Part shown: positions 12,500 to 24,054 of the stretch, piece by piece
Numbering within the stretch: the stretch's first letter is position 1
Layout of the letters: the number at the start of each line of letters is the position of its first letter
Assembly: GCA_002104905.1 (NCBI GenBank)
Contig: MCFE01000818.1
Span: 1 to 33,539 of the forward strand
Length of the DNA stretch: 33,539 nt
Direction: 5' to 3'
Origin: Basidiobolus meristosporus CBS 931.73
Lineage: Eukaryota; Fungi; Basidiobolomycota
The notes under the pieces: model-generated
Seen by the model: only the letters and a program-made list of their open reading frames with translations
What the model was told of the DNA's origin: nothing
Databases searched by the model: none
Translations under genes and position numbers: made by a program

Positions 12500-14300
12500 A
12501 CGAGCCCTGGCTATGTTGAGAAGATCCCAATCTTGGATTAGACTTCAAGGAGGCCAACACCTGCCTTATCTGGCGCTACTCATTGATTCAGCCTGCACTT
12601 CAATCTAAACCCACCCCATGCTCCATTGAGGTCACAGATTGCCTGCATACCCTCTGTGGGATTTATATGGCAGTAGGTTTTACAGCATGGCTTTCCCATC
12701 TCCTTGGTAAGATTTATCACTGATCCAGCAGTTGAGCTCCAACACCTACTGAAACGGGACTCACCTGGACATGATACAGCGACACTCCAATCCACGCTGT
12801 GGATCGCAGATGCATGCCCACTGGATGCGGCCAAGGCCAATCCCATGCAACCCCCTCCCCTGCGAGGAGCCGACAATAAAGTTTGCTTTATAGGGCACCT
12901 GTTCAGGTACAGCGCCTAGTTTGCTGCCAGCCAGATGATCTACTTGAATCCTGGTGTGCGTCCATTTCCTGCTCCTACACTAGATGCTGCTCCAAGCCAG
13001 CTGATCAAACATTGAAGGGATGGCGTGAGAACAAGCGCTTCCAACACAATCGAAGGAAGATCACGCAGCCAATAAAGAGGAACAAGTTGACCGAACGGTG
13101 GATGTTTGACTCAAGCTTCTGGATGTCGCACCCGTAGGGTTGAGATGAATTTGTGTGATTCGCACAGGTGACACCGGACAATGTGAAGTGCTACCCTGAG
13201 GCCTCCTCTGGAAGTACAGCCTCCACAGCCAGAGAATCCAAGCATCAAGGCTTTGCGGTTGCCGGCCCAATCGTTTCATTGGCCCACCTCCGTTTCACCA
13301 TCATTAGCCTTTGGACTAGGTATGGGTGAGCGCAGATGCCATGGTGGGACAAAGTTCATCCGGGTACCACCATGGATGAGCATGGAAACTGCCATCCCAT
13401 GCTTCCACATACCGCACAATGGGGAGACTGCATGAGCCATCCATTGGGAACAATGCCCATCTATGTGACTTTGGGTTGATTCTGATAAACAAGAGTGGCA
13501 CCGGTTTGAGAGCTGAGCGTAGCCAAGGGAGTGGGAATCCATTAGGTCAATTTCAGCGATTTTCCGTAACGTAAGCCTTTTTGACTCAGAGCGGAGCACC
13601 ACTTGTGACGAACAGTACAGGTTTGCGACATACACTGCAAGACGCCCGGCCAATCATGACGCTACAGCCTCTGATTTAGCTTACAAATGATCCTTGCAGG
13701 CAAATAGCGGATAGCAAATAGCCTGATGTACCAATGTAGGCTGATGAGTAACACGCCAGCTGACGGACTTTCGAGTTGCCGAAAGGAGTACCGGATCCTG
13801 GATTGGAGATTGCCCCCTCGGCTCAGGGTCGACCTCCAAGATAATTCGTAGCCATCCAAACAAGCGCTGCTGATCCTCCAATGGATTTCCATCGTAACCC
13901 AATGAGTTGTCTCATTCCGACACAATCATGTGCCGAGTCACACGTCAGCACTGCAATTATCGCCATAAGGGCAGCCGGCTTATGGAGGGCTGGCTCCGGC
14001 AGTACCCTGGGCAATTGCTCTGGCAAGCGGCCTCTGGGTTGTCGAAGGCACATGTGTTGGGCGCACACCCATTGGCTCTGGAGGGTTGAGCTATGCGCAG
14101 AGTTTGGTGATATTGGCAGGCCACATGATATCTAATGGATGCAATATCGATCCGTCGACGCATCTGGGAGTCCTTACCGATTCCTAGCCCGCGATGCATA
14201 CAATGACTTCCCAACCCCGACTCCGGGTTTTGCCAATTAGGGCGGGGGATTCACCATGGAATAGACGACGACTGAGGGTAGATGGGGCGGATTCAAATTG
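12500..14300 (-). mobile_element. Heavily decayed L1-clade-like non-LTR retrotransposon relic (boundaries approximate)
   Basis: Broken frames resemble the APE endonuclease N-terminus (LRKIAE...CLSEST...QW...PLCG, about 13400-13570) and its SDH-type motif (NIHRSVNLFL, about 13090). A post-RT LxAPRxxGG motif (LLSAPRRGGG) lies near 12860, and Cys/His-rich ORF1-like remnants lie at 13900-14200. The RT core is not visible. Confidence 0.5.
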
Positions 14301-15399
14301 GTTAGATCTGATTCATGTCGCTCTTGCCTCCACTGCATGTTTGCTGGCGTAGTACCTAACGGCATGTCCCCTACGTTGGCTCGGGTCAGGTTAGATTATA
14401 TATGGTCACATTTTATTTACTGGCCGATTCCCTCCATCAAGATCGCTTACATGATTTTGGGTCATGGAAGCATGGGGATAGATTGAGGCCGCTCTTCCTT
14501 ACCAAAACCAAGCCCCGGATTACTTCGAGGCCCTGGATTTCCAGAGCCGGTGAGCTGATGGGTGCCACCATTCTTGTCCCATGCGACACTGGGGTGACGG
14601 TGGGTTGGGTTTACCTGCCATATTCATGTTATGCCCTGGGGTTGCTGAGGCTCGTTGCCAAGTTGGGTTACCAACCTGAGTCCGGCCATCTATTCAGCAA
14701 TTGTACATATGTGCGCTAGCCTTGGTCTTTCGCAGTTCTGGTTGGGAGGTTTGGGCCAATTTGGAAGACGGCCAGCGGCTGCAGGTAGCCAATAAGGTCT
14801 CCGACTGTAAATAGATGCGAATTTCACGTTTGGTTCAATCGCATGCTCATGTTTCTGCTTCTGATGGGAGTGCTCGGAGGTTTAGGTCTTCTTGAAACCT
14901 GGGGTTCGATGGTTTTCATCAGTAGATATATGAAGTGTACGGACTCCGGAAAGCAGTTTGAGGATCCTTACATCTGGTGGATAGCTGAGGCAAATCAGCA
15001 TTTTGCACTCCAGAAATCATCCGCTTCTCAATTTCGCATGTGAATAGCAACCTTGCAAACAGTTGCTACGGAACCAATCAGTCGATCGTATTCCCCGATT
15101 CCCCACTTTGTTGATATTGCTGGAGATGATTTGGGCTCGGATTCAATTTGGAATGATCTCATCATTTCTCTGGGTTTGCGACAACACTGAAAGGGTAAAA
15201 CGGACTTGAAGGGTTGAACATGTCTTGCTATTCCTCTCTATGCATACAAGTCCTATTCACAGAGTCCCAGATCTGTCTCTTCTCATCTAGGCTATAGGTG
15301 GGTCATGTCCCAGCTTCCTACCTGTCAAAATCACTTTCAAGTCCAAACTACACCCGCTATATGGTTTTCCTAACTACAATGTAATAGCTGCCTAAAAGT

Positions 15400-15452
15400 T
15401 ACCAAGTCTGGAAGGTGAAGATGTAGATGCTGCTACAGGAATGAGGTCTTTG
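15400..15452 (+). mobile_element. Ty1/copia gag 5' fragment (host copy H, part 1)
   Basis: taccaagtctggaaggtgaagatg...ggtctttg aligns with the gag start at about 15875-15935 (YQVWKVKM...RGLW) and ends in CTTTG directly at an LTR. Confidence 0.75.
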
Positions 15453-15784
15453 TGTTGTAAAAATTCGTAATTCCACCTAAATATTCACCTAACTTAGTCA
15501 GTTAGATCATTACCTTCAAATCCTAGAGGATACTGACCAAATTCCTTGTTGGGATTTACTTAGAATATTTACCCAGAACATGAAAGTTAGATAAGTTGTC
15601 CAAACAGCCCCAAACTTTGCACACATGTTCTTGGGACCTTTCTTAACCTATTCTACGTGTTTATAATGCCAAGACCATGTAAAAGTATAAATACTACTTT
15701 TACATTCAATAAATCATTAAGTGAAAGCCACATAATCTACTTGTTCTCCCAATCACTTCAAATATCAACAAGACTCTTATAACA
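15453..15784 (+). repeat. Copia-family LTR, short form (332 bp)
   Basis: TGTTGT...ATAACA termini; homologous to the LTRs at 17608, 18030 and 22340. Confidence 0.9.
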
Positions 15785-15798
15785 GGCTTTGAGCCCTG
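15785..15798 (+). promoter_or_regulatory. Degenerate primer-binding site (half-tRNA iMet type)
   Basis: GGCTTTGAGCCCTG directly after the LTR, versus the expected GGTTATGAGCCCTG. Confidence 0.7.
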
Positions 15799-17607
15799 AG
15801 CTGTCACTCTCTGCAATGTCCACTACTGCTATTACTGGAATTTATCCCTCTGCTGAAAAGTTGGATGGATCTAACTACCAAGTGTGGAAGGTGAAGATGA
15901 AGATGAAGATGCTGCTACAAGAAAGAGGCCTTTGGGATATTGTCATGGGAGAAGAATGCCCTGCTAAAAGCATGGGAGAGGAAGCCTCAAAGTACTAGAA
16001 GAAAGAGGAAAGTGCCTTTAACTGCATTTGCCTTAATGTTAAAGACAAATTGCTAATTCAATGCTCAAGAGCAAAAACTGCAAAGAATGCCTGGAAGGCA
16101 TTAGAAGACATCTACCAGTCATGTTCAGCTGCTAAGAAAGTGTATCTGAGACAAAAATTCTTTACTACAAAGATGCAGCCAGGAGAAGAAATGAAAAATC
16201 TAACTAACAGAATTACCCTGCTGGTTGATGAAATGGAATCTGTGGGCATACCAACTACTGATGAGGATGTGATAGTAACCATCCTGAATAGCCTGACAGA
16301 TGCATTTCAGGGCCTTGTATCCACCCTAGAGTCCAGAACTGAAGATTTGACCTTAAATTATATATATGGAAGGCTTTTGGATGAATAATTAAGAAAATCA
16401 AGCACCAATAAGAAGGAAAAGTAAAATGCTTTAATATGCAATGACAACCAACAAAGGAGGTATCCAAGACCCTACAAAGGCAACAGCAACCTGTTTTGCA
16501 ACTACTGCAAAAGGAAAGGACACACATCAGACCAGTGTCTCAAAAAGAGAGATAATCAGCAAAAGAAGCCTGAATATGGAAATGCTGCAACAACTGAAGA
16601 TAGACTATTCATATCTGCACTAGATGTGACCACAACTAAGCTGCTGATGTTATTGTGGTCTCCTGATGGAATCTTGATGCCTGATTTGGATTGGATCCAC
16701 CTGTGGGACCAAATTATTTTTTGTAGGGCTTAGGGATAATGTTCTACATAGACAATGGTACCCAGACTATTACCCTAATCCAATCCAAGTATACTCAAGA
16801 TATACTTAAGAAGTATCAAATGGAAGACTGTATACAGGCAGCTACCTCAATGGAGACTTACCTTGATCTGATCAAAACCCAACTCAATCAAGAGAGGCTG
16901 GTGCCATCTGAAAGCACAGAATTCCCTTATCAGTCTGTGGTTAGCAGTCTAATGTAGATCATGCTTGGAACACATCCAGATATCCCATATTCAGCAGGAG
17001 CTGTTAGCCAGCATAATCAGAACTATGGATCTAATCATACCACAACAGTTAAGCAGATTTTCAGATACCTAAAAGGAACTGCCTATATCTGCTTAAGGTA
17101 CACCTATAAAGATTCAGAACAGGACCTTGTGGGATACTCAGATGCTGAATGGGGACAAAATTTAGAAGACCAAAGATCTACTACAGATATACCTTTCTAT
17201 ACTGCAAAGCAGCAACTTCATGGACTTCAAGAAAGCAACCAACCATAGCATTTTCCACTCCAGAGGCAGAGTCTATGGCAGCTTGTGGAGCTACAAAAGA
17301 AGTAATATGGTGAAGAAAGCTTTTCAAAGACTTGGGCATAAGTTGAAAAGCACCTTTTACCCTATTTAAGATATTCAAGGATGTATGCAATTAGGTAGAA
17401 ATCCTACTTTTCACGCTAGAACTGAGCACAACAATATTAGACATCATTTCATATGTGAAGCTATAGAGAATAATTTAGTCAGCTTAGTTAGCTGTCCCAC
17501 AAATGAAATAGTTACAGACACATTTACCTAACCATTAGTAAGAGATAAATTTGAATATCTTGGGTCACAATTAGGACTAGTAGTATAAGCATTTAGCTGA
17601 ATGGGGG

Positions 17608-17953
17608 TGTTGTAAAAGTTTGTAACTTGACCTGAATATTGACCCAACTTGGCCACTTAGATCATTACATACAAATTGTAGTGTATACTGACCAAATTCC
17701 TTGTTGGGATTTACTTGTATATTTTCACCTAAATATCAGGTGCCCACAACATGAAAGTTCTCACAGTGTTCCATACATCCCTAAACTCTGCACACATGTA
17801 CTTGGGACCTTTCAAAACATATTAAATGTGTTTGCTATACCAAGACCATATAAGTATAAATACTACTTCTATATTCAATGAATCATTAGGTGAAAACCAC
17901 ATAATCTATTTCTTCACCTAATCACTTTCAATATCTTCAAGACTGTTAAAACA
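17608..17953 (+). repeat. Copia-family LTR, long form (346 bp)
   Basis: TGTTGT...AAAACA termini; carries an extra segment of about 15 nt (ttttcacctaaatatcagg) also seen in the 22340 LTR. Confidence 0.9.
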
Positions 17954-18029
17954 CTTTCTTCTGGTACTCTAAGGCTTCTTCTTCTACACCTCTAAGAGGG
18001 TATTCTCCTCCCATAATTATATCCCAAAG
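17954..18029 (-). mobile_element. Inverted 76-bp copia gag piece (host copy H, part 2)
   Basis: The reverse complement reads CTTTG ggatataattatgggagg...cagaagaaag (LWDIIMGGEYP...EEALEYQKK). It aligns without gaps over 76 nt to gag at about 15930-16005 and is the direct continuation of 15400-15452. Confidence 0.85.
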
Positions 18030-18360
18030 TGCTGTAAGAGTCTTGGAGATATTGGAAGTGAATGGGAGGACAAGTAGATTATGTGGTTTTCTCTAAATGA
18101 TTTATGAGTATAAAAGTAGTATTTATACTTTTACAGAAACTTAGCATTGGATACATGTAGAATAGACTAAGGAAGGTCCCAAGAACACGTGTGCAAAGTT
18201 TAGGGCTGTTTGGACAACTTTGAGAATTTTCATGTTCTGGGTAAATATTCTAAGTAAGTCCCAACAATGAATTTGGCCAGTATCCTCTAGGACTTGAAGG
18301 TAATGATCCAAGTGACTAAGTTAAGTGAGTATTTAGGTGGAATTACAAATCTTTACAACA
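18030..18360 (-). repeat. Copia-family LTR, short form (331 bp)
   Basis: On the minus strand TGTTGTAAAG...TTACAGCA, preceded by the PPT TGAGTGGGAG (18361-18370). Colinear with the 15453 LTR. Confidence 0.9.
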
Positions 18361-21300
18361 CTCCCACTCAGCTAAATGCTCATACTGACTAGTCCTAACC
18401 TTGACCTAAGATATTCAAACTTGTCTCTAGCTAATGGTTTGGTAAATATACTGGCAATCATTTCATCTGAAGGACAGTAAACTAAGCTGACTAAGTTACT
18501 CTCTATAGCTTCACATATGAAATGATGTCTAATATCTATGTGCTTAGTTCTACTATGAAAAGCTGAATTTCTACCTAATTGTATACATCTTCAATTATCT
18601 TGAAATAAAGTAATAGGCATTTTTTAATATAGGCCTAAATCAGTAAAAAGCTTTGTTAACCACATTGCTTCTTTGTAGCTTCACAGGCTGCCATATACTC
18701 TGTCCCTGTGGTAGAAAGTGCTATGATTGGTTGCTTTCTTGAGTTCCATCAAATTGCTCCCTTACAGTAAAGAAAGGTGTATCCTGTGGTGGATATTCTG
18801 TCTTCCAGGTTTTGTCTCCAATCAGCATCAGAGTATCCCACAAGATCCTGTTTGGAATCTTTATAAGTGTATCTCAAGCAGATATCAGCAGTTCCTTTAG
18901 GTATCTAAAAATCCGCTTAACTCCTGCAATATGATCAGAACCATAGTTCTAATTATGTTGGCTGACAATGCCCACTGAATATGAGATATATGGACATGTG
19001 CCAAGCATGATATATATCAGACTGCTGGTCATAGATTAATAAGGAAAGTCAGGGCTTTCAGATGGCACCAAGCTCTCTTGATTTGGTTGGGTTTTGACCA
19101 AGTTAAGGTTTGTCTCCATTGAGGCAGCTGTTGGTTTACAGTCTTCCATTTGGTACTTCTTTAGTATATCTTGAATATACCAGGATTGGCTTAGGGTGAT
19201 AGTCTGGGTACTTCTGTCTATGGAGAACTTTATCCCTAAGTAGTAACTGAGTTCTCCTAGATTGGGCATCTTGAACTCCTTGGATAGGCTGGATTTAGTC
19301 TCTTCCAATGTTGCTAGGTTATTGGTGGCCATAATAGGATCATCCACATATAGAACTAATAGAGCTAGGTTGGCTCTATCTGGCTTTTAGTATATACTAT
19401 AGTCAGCATTACTCCTTTGGAAACTCAAAGATTCCATTTAGGAATATATCTTGCAATTTCAGGCTCTTGGTGATTAATTGAGACCATATAGAGACTTTTT
19501 AAGCTTGCAGACCAAATGGAGTTATCTTGGTCAACAAACCCATCATGCTGGTCCATATACATGTCCTCATCAAATTCTCCAATCAAAAATGCAGTTTTCA
19601 CATCTGTTTGATGAATAAAAAACTTATATCTGGCTGCAATAGCCAATATTAATGTGATGGAATTAAACTTGGCTACCGGTGCAAAGATCACATTGCAGTC
19701 AAGTCCTTTTGTATGGGAGTATCTTTTGGCCACAAGTCTTGCTTTGTATCTTTCAGTTGTTCCATCAGCCTTGTATTTTGTCTTGAAGACCCATCTGCAT
19801 CCAATTAATTTTTGGTTGATTGGTAATTTGGCTAAGTACCAAGTTTGATTTTCCATTAGGGCCTGATATTCCTCAGTCATTGCAGATTGCCAAAACTTTG
19901 TCTGAAGGCTACTTAGGTCCTCTTTTACAGTATGGGGCTCATCAATATGCACTGAATAGGCATAGGCTAAGTTTATACCCTCATTGATATAGTAATTTGG
20001 GCTATTGCATGTCTAATTGGATCTCTAGGCATTTGATACTGGAATGATCACTTTGGGGATATTCTTGGCATTGCTTCAGGCTGAACCATGGTTGCAGAGT
20101 CATCTGGAGTGAAAATATTTTCATGTTTTGCTCTGATTCAATCCTGAAAACAGGTGAATTTGAGATCAGATTTTTGTCATCACCTGATGTCATTGTTTGT
20201 GAGAATTTTTAATTTTCATCAAACAACACATCCTTGGACTTGATAAGCTTCTTTGCTTTGGTATTGTAGAGTCTGTATGCTCTACTCTCATTGTGGTAAT
20301 CCAAAAATATACATTTTACACTTTTTGGCACAGACTTTGACTGATTTCTGAGCAGTATCTTGGCATATGCTGTGCATTCAAATATTATTAGATGCTCTGC
20401 ACTTGGGCTGTATCCATGCTATGCTTCAAATGGAGTAGAATCACAAAGAATACTGCTATAACTGCTATTTTTAAGGTATACAGCTGTGGCAACTGCTTCT
20501 GACCAAAAATCATAGGATAATCTTTGATCATGGTTCACAGATCTTGTCATATCAATTATTGATCTGTTTGCACATTTGCCTACTCCATTCTGCTGTGGGG
20601 GGTATGGTACAGTAGTCTTATGCTTTTTGCCATGAATTTTGCAGAAGTGGATGAAGAGTTTTAAGGTATATACTCAACCATTGTCAGAGCATATTTTCTT
20701 GATTTTTTCACCAGTTTCTCTCTCCACTATGACTTTAAGCTCCCTGAGCTTAGACAGAGCTTCCTCCTTTCTCTCTGTGAAGTAAACCCACATGTATCTT
20801 TTATAGTCATCAATAAAAGCAATTAAGCACTTAATCCCACCTATGGATCAATTTTGCATAGGTCCACACAGATCTGAGTGAATTACATGTCATTTTTCTT
20901 GGTTTTCCTTAACCAAGAGATCTTGAACAGCTGTCTGGCCTGTTTCCCATATATGCAGGCTTCACAGTGATTCAAACTAGCTGGGGGATCAATTTTTACT
21001 CCAGAAATTAGCTGATCTTTGATCATTTTGCACAAATAATCAAAATTGATGTGTCCAAATCTGCTGTGCCAAAGCATTGGTGTTTTGTCATTTAACTTAC
21101 TTATATAGGCTTTCAAATATGATGGAATATAATTTTACTTGCATAGATTGTAGTCTTTGATACACAAAGCAATATGGGCACCATTTTGATCAGTGATCTT
21201 GCATCCAGAATTGTCAAAGCTGAAGCTGGGTCCTTGTGCAGTGACCTTGCTAACAGAGAGTAAGTTCTTGGCTATTTCTGATAATTAGAGTACTTCTTTA

Positions 21301-22327
21301 AAAGTCAGTGTATGGCTTCCTTCACTGCTTCTAAGGTTTACTTGGACAGTTTCTTCTCCCACTGCATCAAATGTTCTATTGTCACCCTTGACAACCTTCT
21401 TAATTGGAATTTCTTGGTATTGGGTACAAAGTTCTCTTTGGTGTGTAAAGTGTTGAGATGCTCCAGAGTCAATATACCACATCTTAGAATTCTTGTTTGT
21501 GGTCATATTTAGTGCAGATATGAATAGTCTATCTTCAGTTGTTGCAGCATTTCTGTATTGAGGCTTTTGCTGCTGACTATCTCTCTTTTGAAACACCAGT
21601 CTGATTTGTATCCTTTGCTTTTCACAGTAGTTGCAAAATAGGTTGCTGTTACTGTTGTAAGGTCTTGGTTACTTCCTTTGTTGGTTATCATTACTTATTA
21701 AAGCATTTTTTTCCTCAATCTTATTGGCACTGGATTTTCTTAATTCTTCATCCAGGAGCCTTCCATATATGTAATTTAAGATCAAATTTTCAGTTCTGAA
21801 CTCTAGGGCTGATACATGGCCCTGAAACCTGCCTGTCAGTCTATTCAGGATGGTTGCTATCACTTCCTCATCAGTAGTTGCTACTCCCACATATTCCATC
21901 TTGTCTACCAGCAGGGTAATTGCGTTAATTAGATTTTTCATTTCTTTTCTTGATGCATCTTTGTAGTAAAGAATCTTTATCTCAGATACAACTTTTTAGC
22001 AGCTGAATATGACTGATAGGTGTATTCTAATGCCTTTCAGGTGTTCTTTGCTGCTTTTGCTCATGAGCATTGAATTAGCAATTTGTCCTTGACATTAAAC
22101 CAAATGCAGTTAAAGGCACTTTGTTATTTCTTCTGGTACTTTAAGGCTTCCTCTCCCATGTTTTAGGAGAGCAACTTTCTGCCATGGCAATATCCCAAGG
22201 GCCTCTTTCTTGTAGCAGCATATTCATCTCCACCTTCCACACCTGGTAGTTGGATCCATCCAACTTTGCAGCCAAGGGAATAATTACAGTAATAGCAGTA
22301 GTAGACATTGCAGAGAGTCACAGCTTG

Positions 22328-22339
22328 GGGCTCATAACC
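22328..22339 (-). promoter_or_regulatory. Primer-binding site complementary to the initiator tRNA-Met anticodon arm (copia/Ty5-type half-tRNA priming)
   Basis: GGTTATGAGCCC abuts the 5' LTR and is complementary to GGGCUCAUAACC of fungal iMet tRNA. Confidence 0.85.
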
Positions 22340-22687
22340 TGTTGTAAGAGTCTTGGAGATATTGGAAGTGATTGGGAGGACAAGTAGATTATGTGGTTTT
22401 CACTTGATGATTTATTGAATGTAAAAGTAGTATTTCTACTTTTACATAGTCTGGGCATAACAAACATGTAGAGTAGGATAAGGAAGATCCCAAGAGCATG
22501 TGAGCAAAGCTTGGGCTGTTTGGACAACATTGAGAATTTTCATTTATTTGGTTCCCAGTATTTTAGTGAAAATATTCAAAGTAAATCCCAACAAGGAATT
22601 TGGTCCGTATTCCTTTAAATTTGAAAATAATGATCTAAGTGACTAAGTTAGGTGAATAGTTAGGTGGAATTACAAATTTTTGTAATA
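22340..22687 (-). repeat. Copia-family LTR, long form (348 bp); outer terminus degraded
   Basis: Homologous to the other three LTRs and shares the roughly 15-nt extra segment with the 17608 LTR. Confidence 0.88.
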
Positions 22688-22699
22688 GATACTATTTAG

Positions 22700-23420
22700 T
22701 ATCTTGCCAATTCTTTCAAATATCTATGGTATTTCAATGGGCTCATTTAGCTTCAAATGTCCCATGCACAACAGGGTCATCAGTATAGGAATATTGTTGA
22801 AATGCAAGTGCATTGCTCCCAATGGAAAGCTTTTGCTCCAACAGATACCCTCTAACTCAAGTATCTCCAATTTTTAATTAATATCATATTCTGGTCAATA
22901 GCTTACAGCTTGCCAACTTTGCTACAAATGCATGATGGCTTCTGTATGTTCTCTCTGTGGAAAGATAATGTTCTCAGTGTTGGTGTTTGGATTGTAATAA
23001 TGTGTGTGAGCTATGGAGTAAGTCCCTTGAATCTCACACATCTGACTGCAAAACCATCCTTTGAGCCCAGAAGAGCTGGCTATTGTGCAAACAGCTGGGG
23101 TATCTCCAATGGAGATACTAATATACACTTTTACATGACAGCCATTTACTGTTATGCTGCTGGAAAACATACAAAATATATCCAGTAGTGGATACAGGTA
23201 GCTATCCTGGTTGGACAGTGATTTAGACTACCATTAGATTACTGCTTTGATACTATAAGATAGGTAGCTGATTCAGGTTGATGAGAATTAGTGGCCAGCA
23301 GGATTTGCTGGTAGAGAGCTTGTTTAAAGAGAGTCCATCGAGTGCCAAGGCAAAGGCATAGTCAAACATACCTTGAAAGTAGCCCTTGCTTCTTAGCTGT
23401 TTGTAATGTTTGTCATAAAA
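22700..23420 (-). pseudogene. CACTA/EnSpm-like (Transposase_21-type) DNA transposase relic
   Basis: Across frameshifts: FYDKHYKQL..KGYF, FALALDG...KSCWPLILINLN, DSYLYPLLD, GDTPAV...GLKGWFCSQMCEIQG and SFPLGAMHLHFNNI. These match the Tnp2-type motifs DG, WP..NLPP, GDxPA, GH-x-G...CxxC and DxMH. Confidence 0.75.
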
Positions 23421-23530
23421 TAGACTTGTTCCATCATTCCAGCTGATCATAGTGCCCAATAGTGCAATAACATGCCAGATGGTGCCTGATCATGCCACAG
23501 AGTGCCAGAGGGTGCCATACAGTGCCAATT
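23421..23530. repeat. Foldback-family terminus plus eight 10-bp periodic TGCC-core units
   Basis: Begins TAGACTTGTTCCAT, identical to the reverse complement of 24774-24787. Units at 23451-23530 are agtgcccaat, agtgcaataa, catgccagat, ggtgcctgat, catgccacag, agtgccagag, ggtgccatac and agtgccaatt. Confidence 0.75.
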
Positions 23531-24054
23531 TGGGATCAAAACTGACATGCGTATGACCCTAAAATATCAAATTAATGGGGCACCTTGCAATGGTGGCATT
23601 TTTTGATGTGAGTGCCATGCAACTATTAATAAATGCTGGTATCAGGCTGGTCTCTGGGTCATGTGTTGCCAGCTACATGACAGTTGTCCATTTATACTAT
23701 ATATATGATAAGTTGCATCCCAGGATGATATTTACAAGAAGTAGTAGTAAGTCCTCAAAGCCCCCACTACTGATATTAGTGGAAATGCACCACTTCACTA
23801 GCCACTACATTACATCATTCATCAGTAGCCAGGGTGAGCCTAAAGAGGTCTCAAACTCACCTGACTCAGTTTGCGCAAGGTGACAAGTACAGCCAGGTGC
23901 CATTATAGAAGTACCAAGTGGTCAGCAAGATATTGATGGTACAGTAGTGACTGGTGAATGGTTATATATAACTTGTGTGGCAAAACAATGGCTGTAATCC
24001 TTTTAATACTTCCTATGCTGTCTGCATGCTCTATGGCTGAGAGGCTTGCTACAA

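Larger units (their letters stand above)
15453..17953 (+). mobile_element. Ty1/copia relic with about 2.3 kb internal deletion; probably chimeric
   Basis: Contains gag (KLDGSNYQVWK, zinc knuckle CNYCKRKGHTSDQC), then a jump to the RT C-terminus and RNase H (LVGYSDAEWG), a PPT GAATGGGGG at 17599-17607 and a 3' LTR. Many stops and frameshifts. Confidence 0.9.
18030..22687 (-). mobile_element. Near full-length degenerate Ty1/copia retrotransposon; probably chimeric
   Basis: Domain order is gag (ATG near 22308), protease WYIDSGASQH, GAG-pre-integrase LWHSRFGH...CEAC, integrase, RT (IGCRWVFKTK, RYKARLVAK, YVDD-like) and RNase H (GYSDADW). It has a PBS, a PPT and two LTRs. Numerous stops and frameshifts. 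Confidence 0.95.

Noticed and set aside
15448-17958. CTTTG/CTTTC read as the TSD of an intact 15453-17953 element
   Set aside because: Only a 4/5 match. It does not explain the inverted gag continuation, the perfect inverted CTTTG at 18025-18029 or the crosswise LTR length variants. It remains the main alternative to the inversion model.
22688-22700. Expected GAAAG TSD and resumed gag after the right-most copia LTR
   Set aside because: The sequence is GATACTATTT followed by the CACTA-like relic, so this prediction is not met and no TSD is reported here.
23451-23530. CRISPR-like or satellite interpretation of the periodic repeats
   Set aside because: The units are 10 bp with no unique spacers, the context is eukaryotic, and there are no cas genes.
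23680-23990. Weak inverted similarity (ttcactagccactac versus gtagtgactggtgaa)
   Set aside because: Too short and too degenerate to call a structure.
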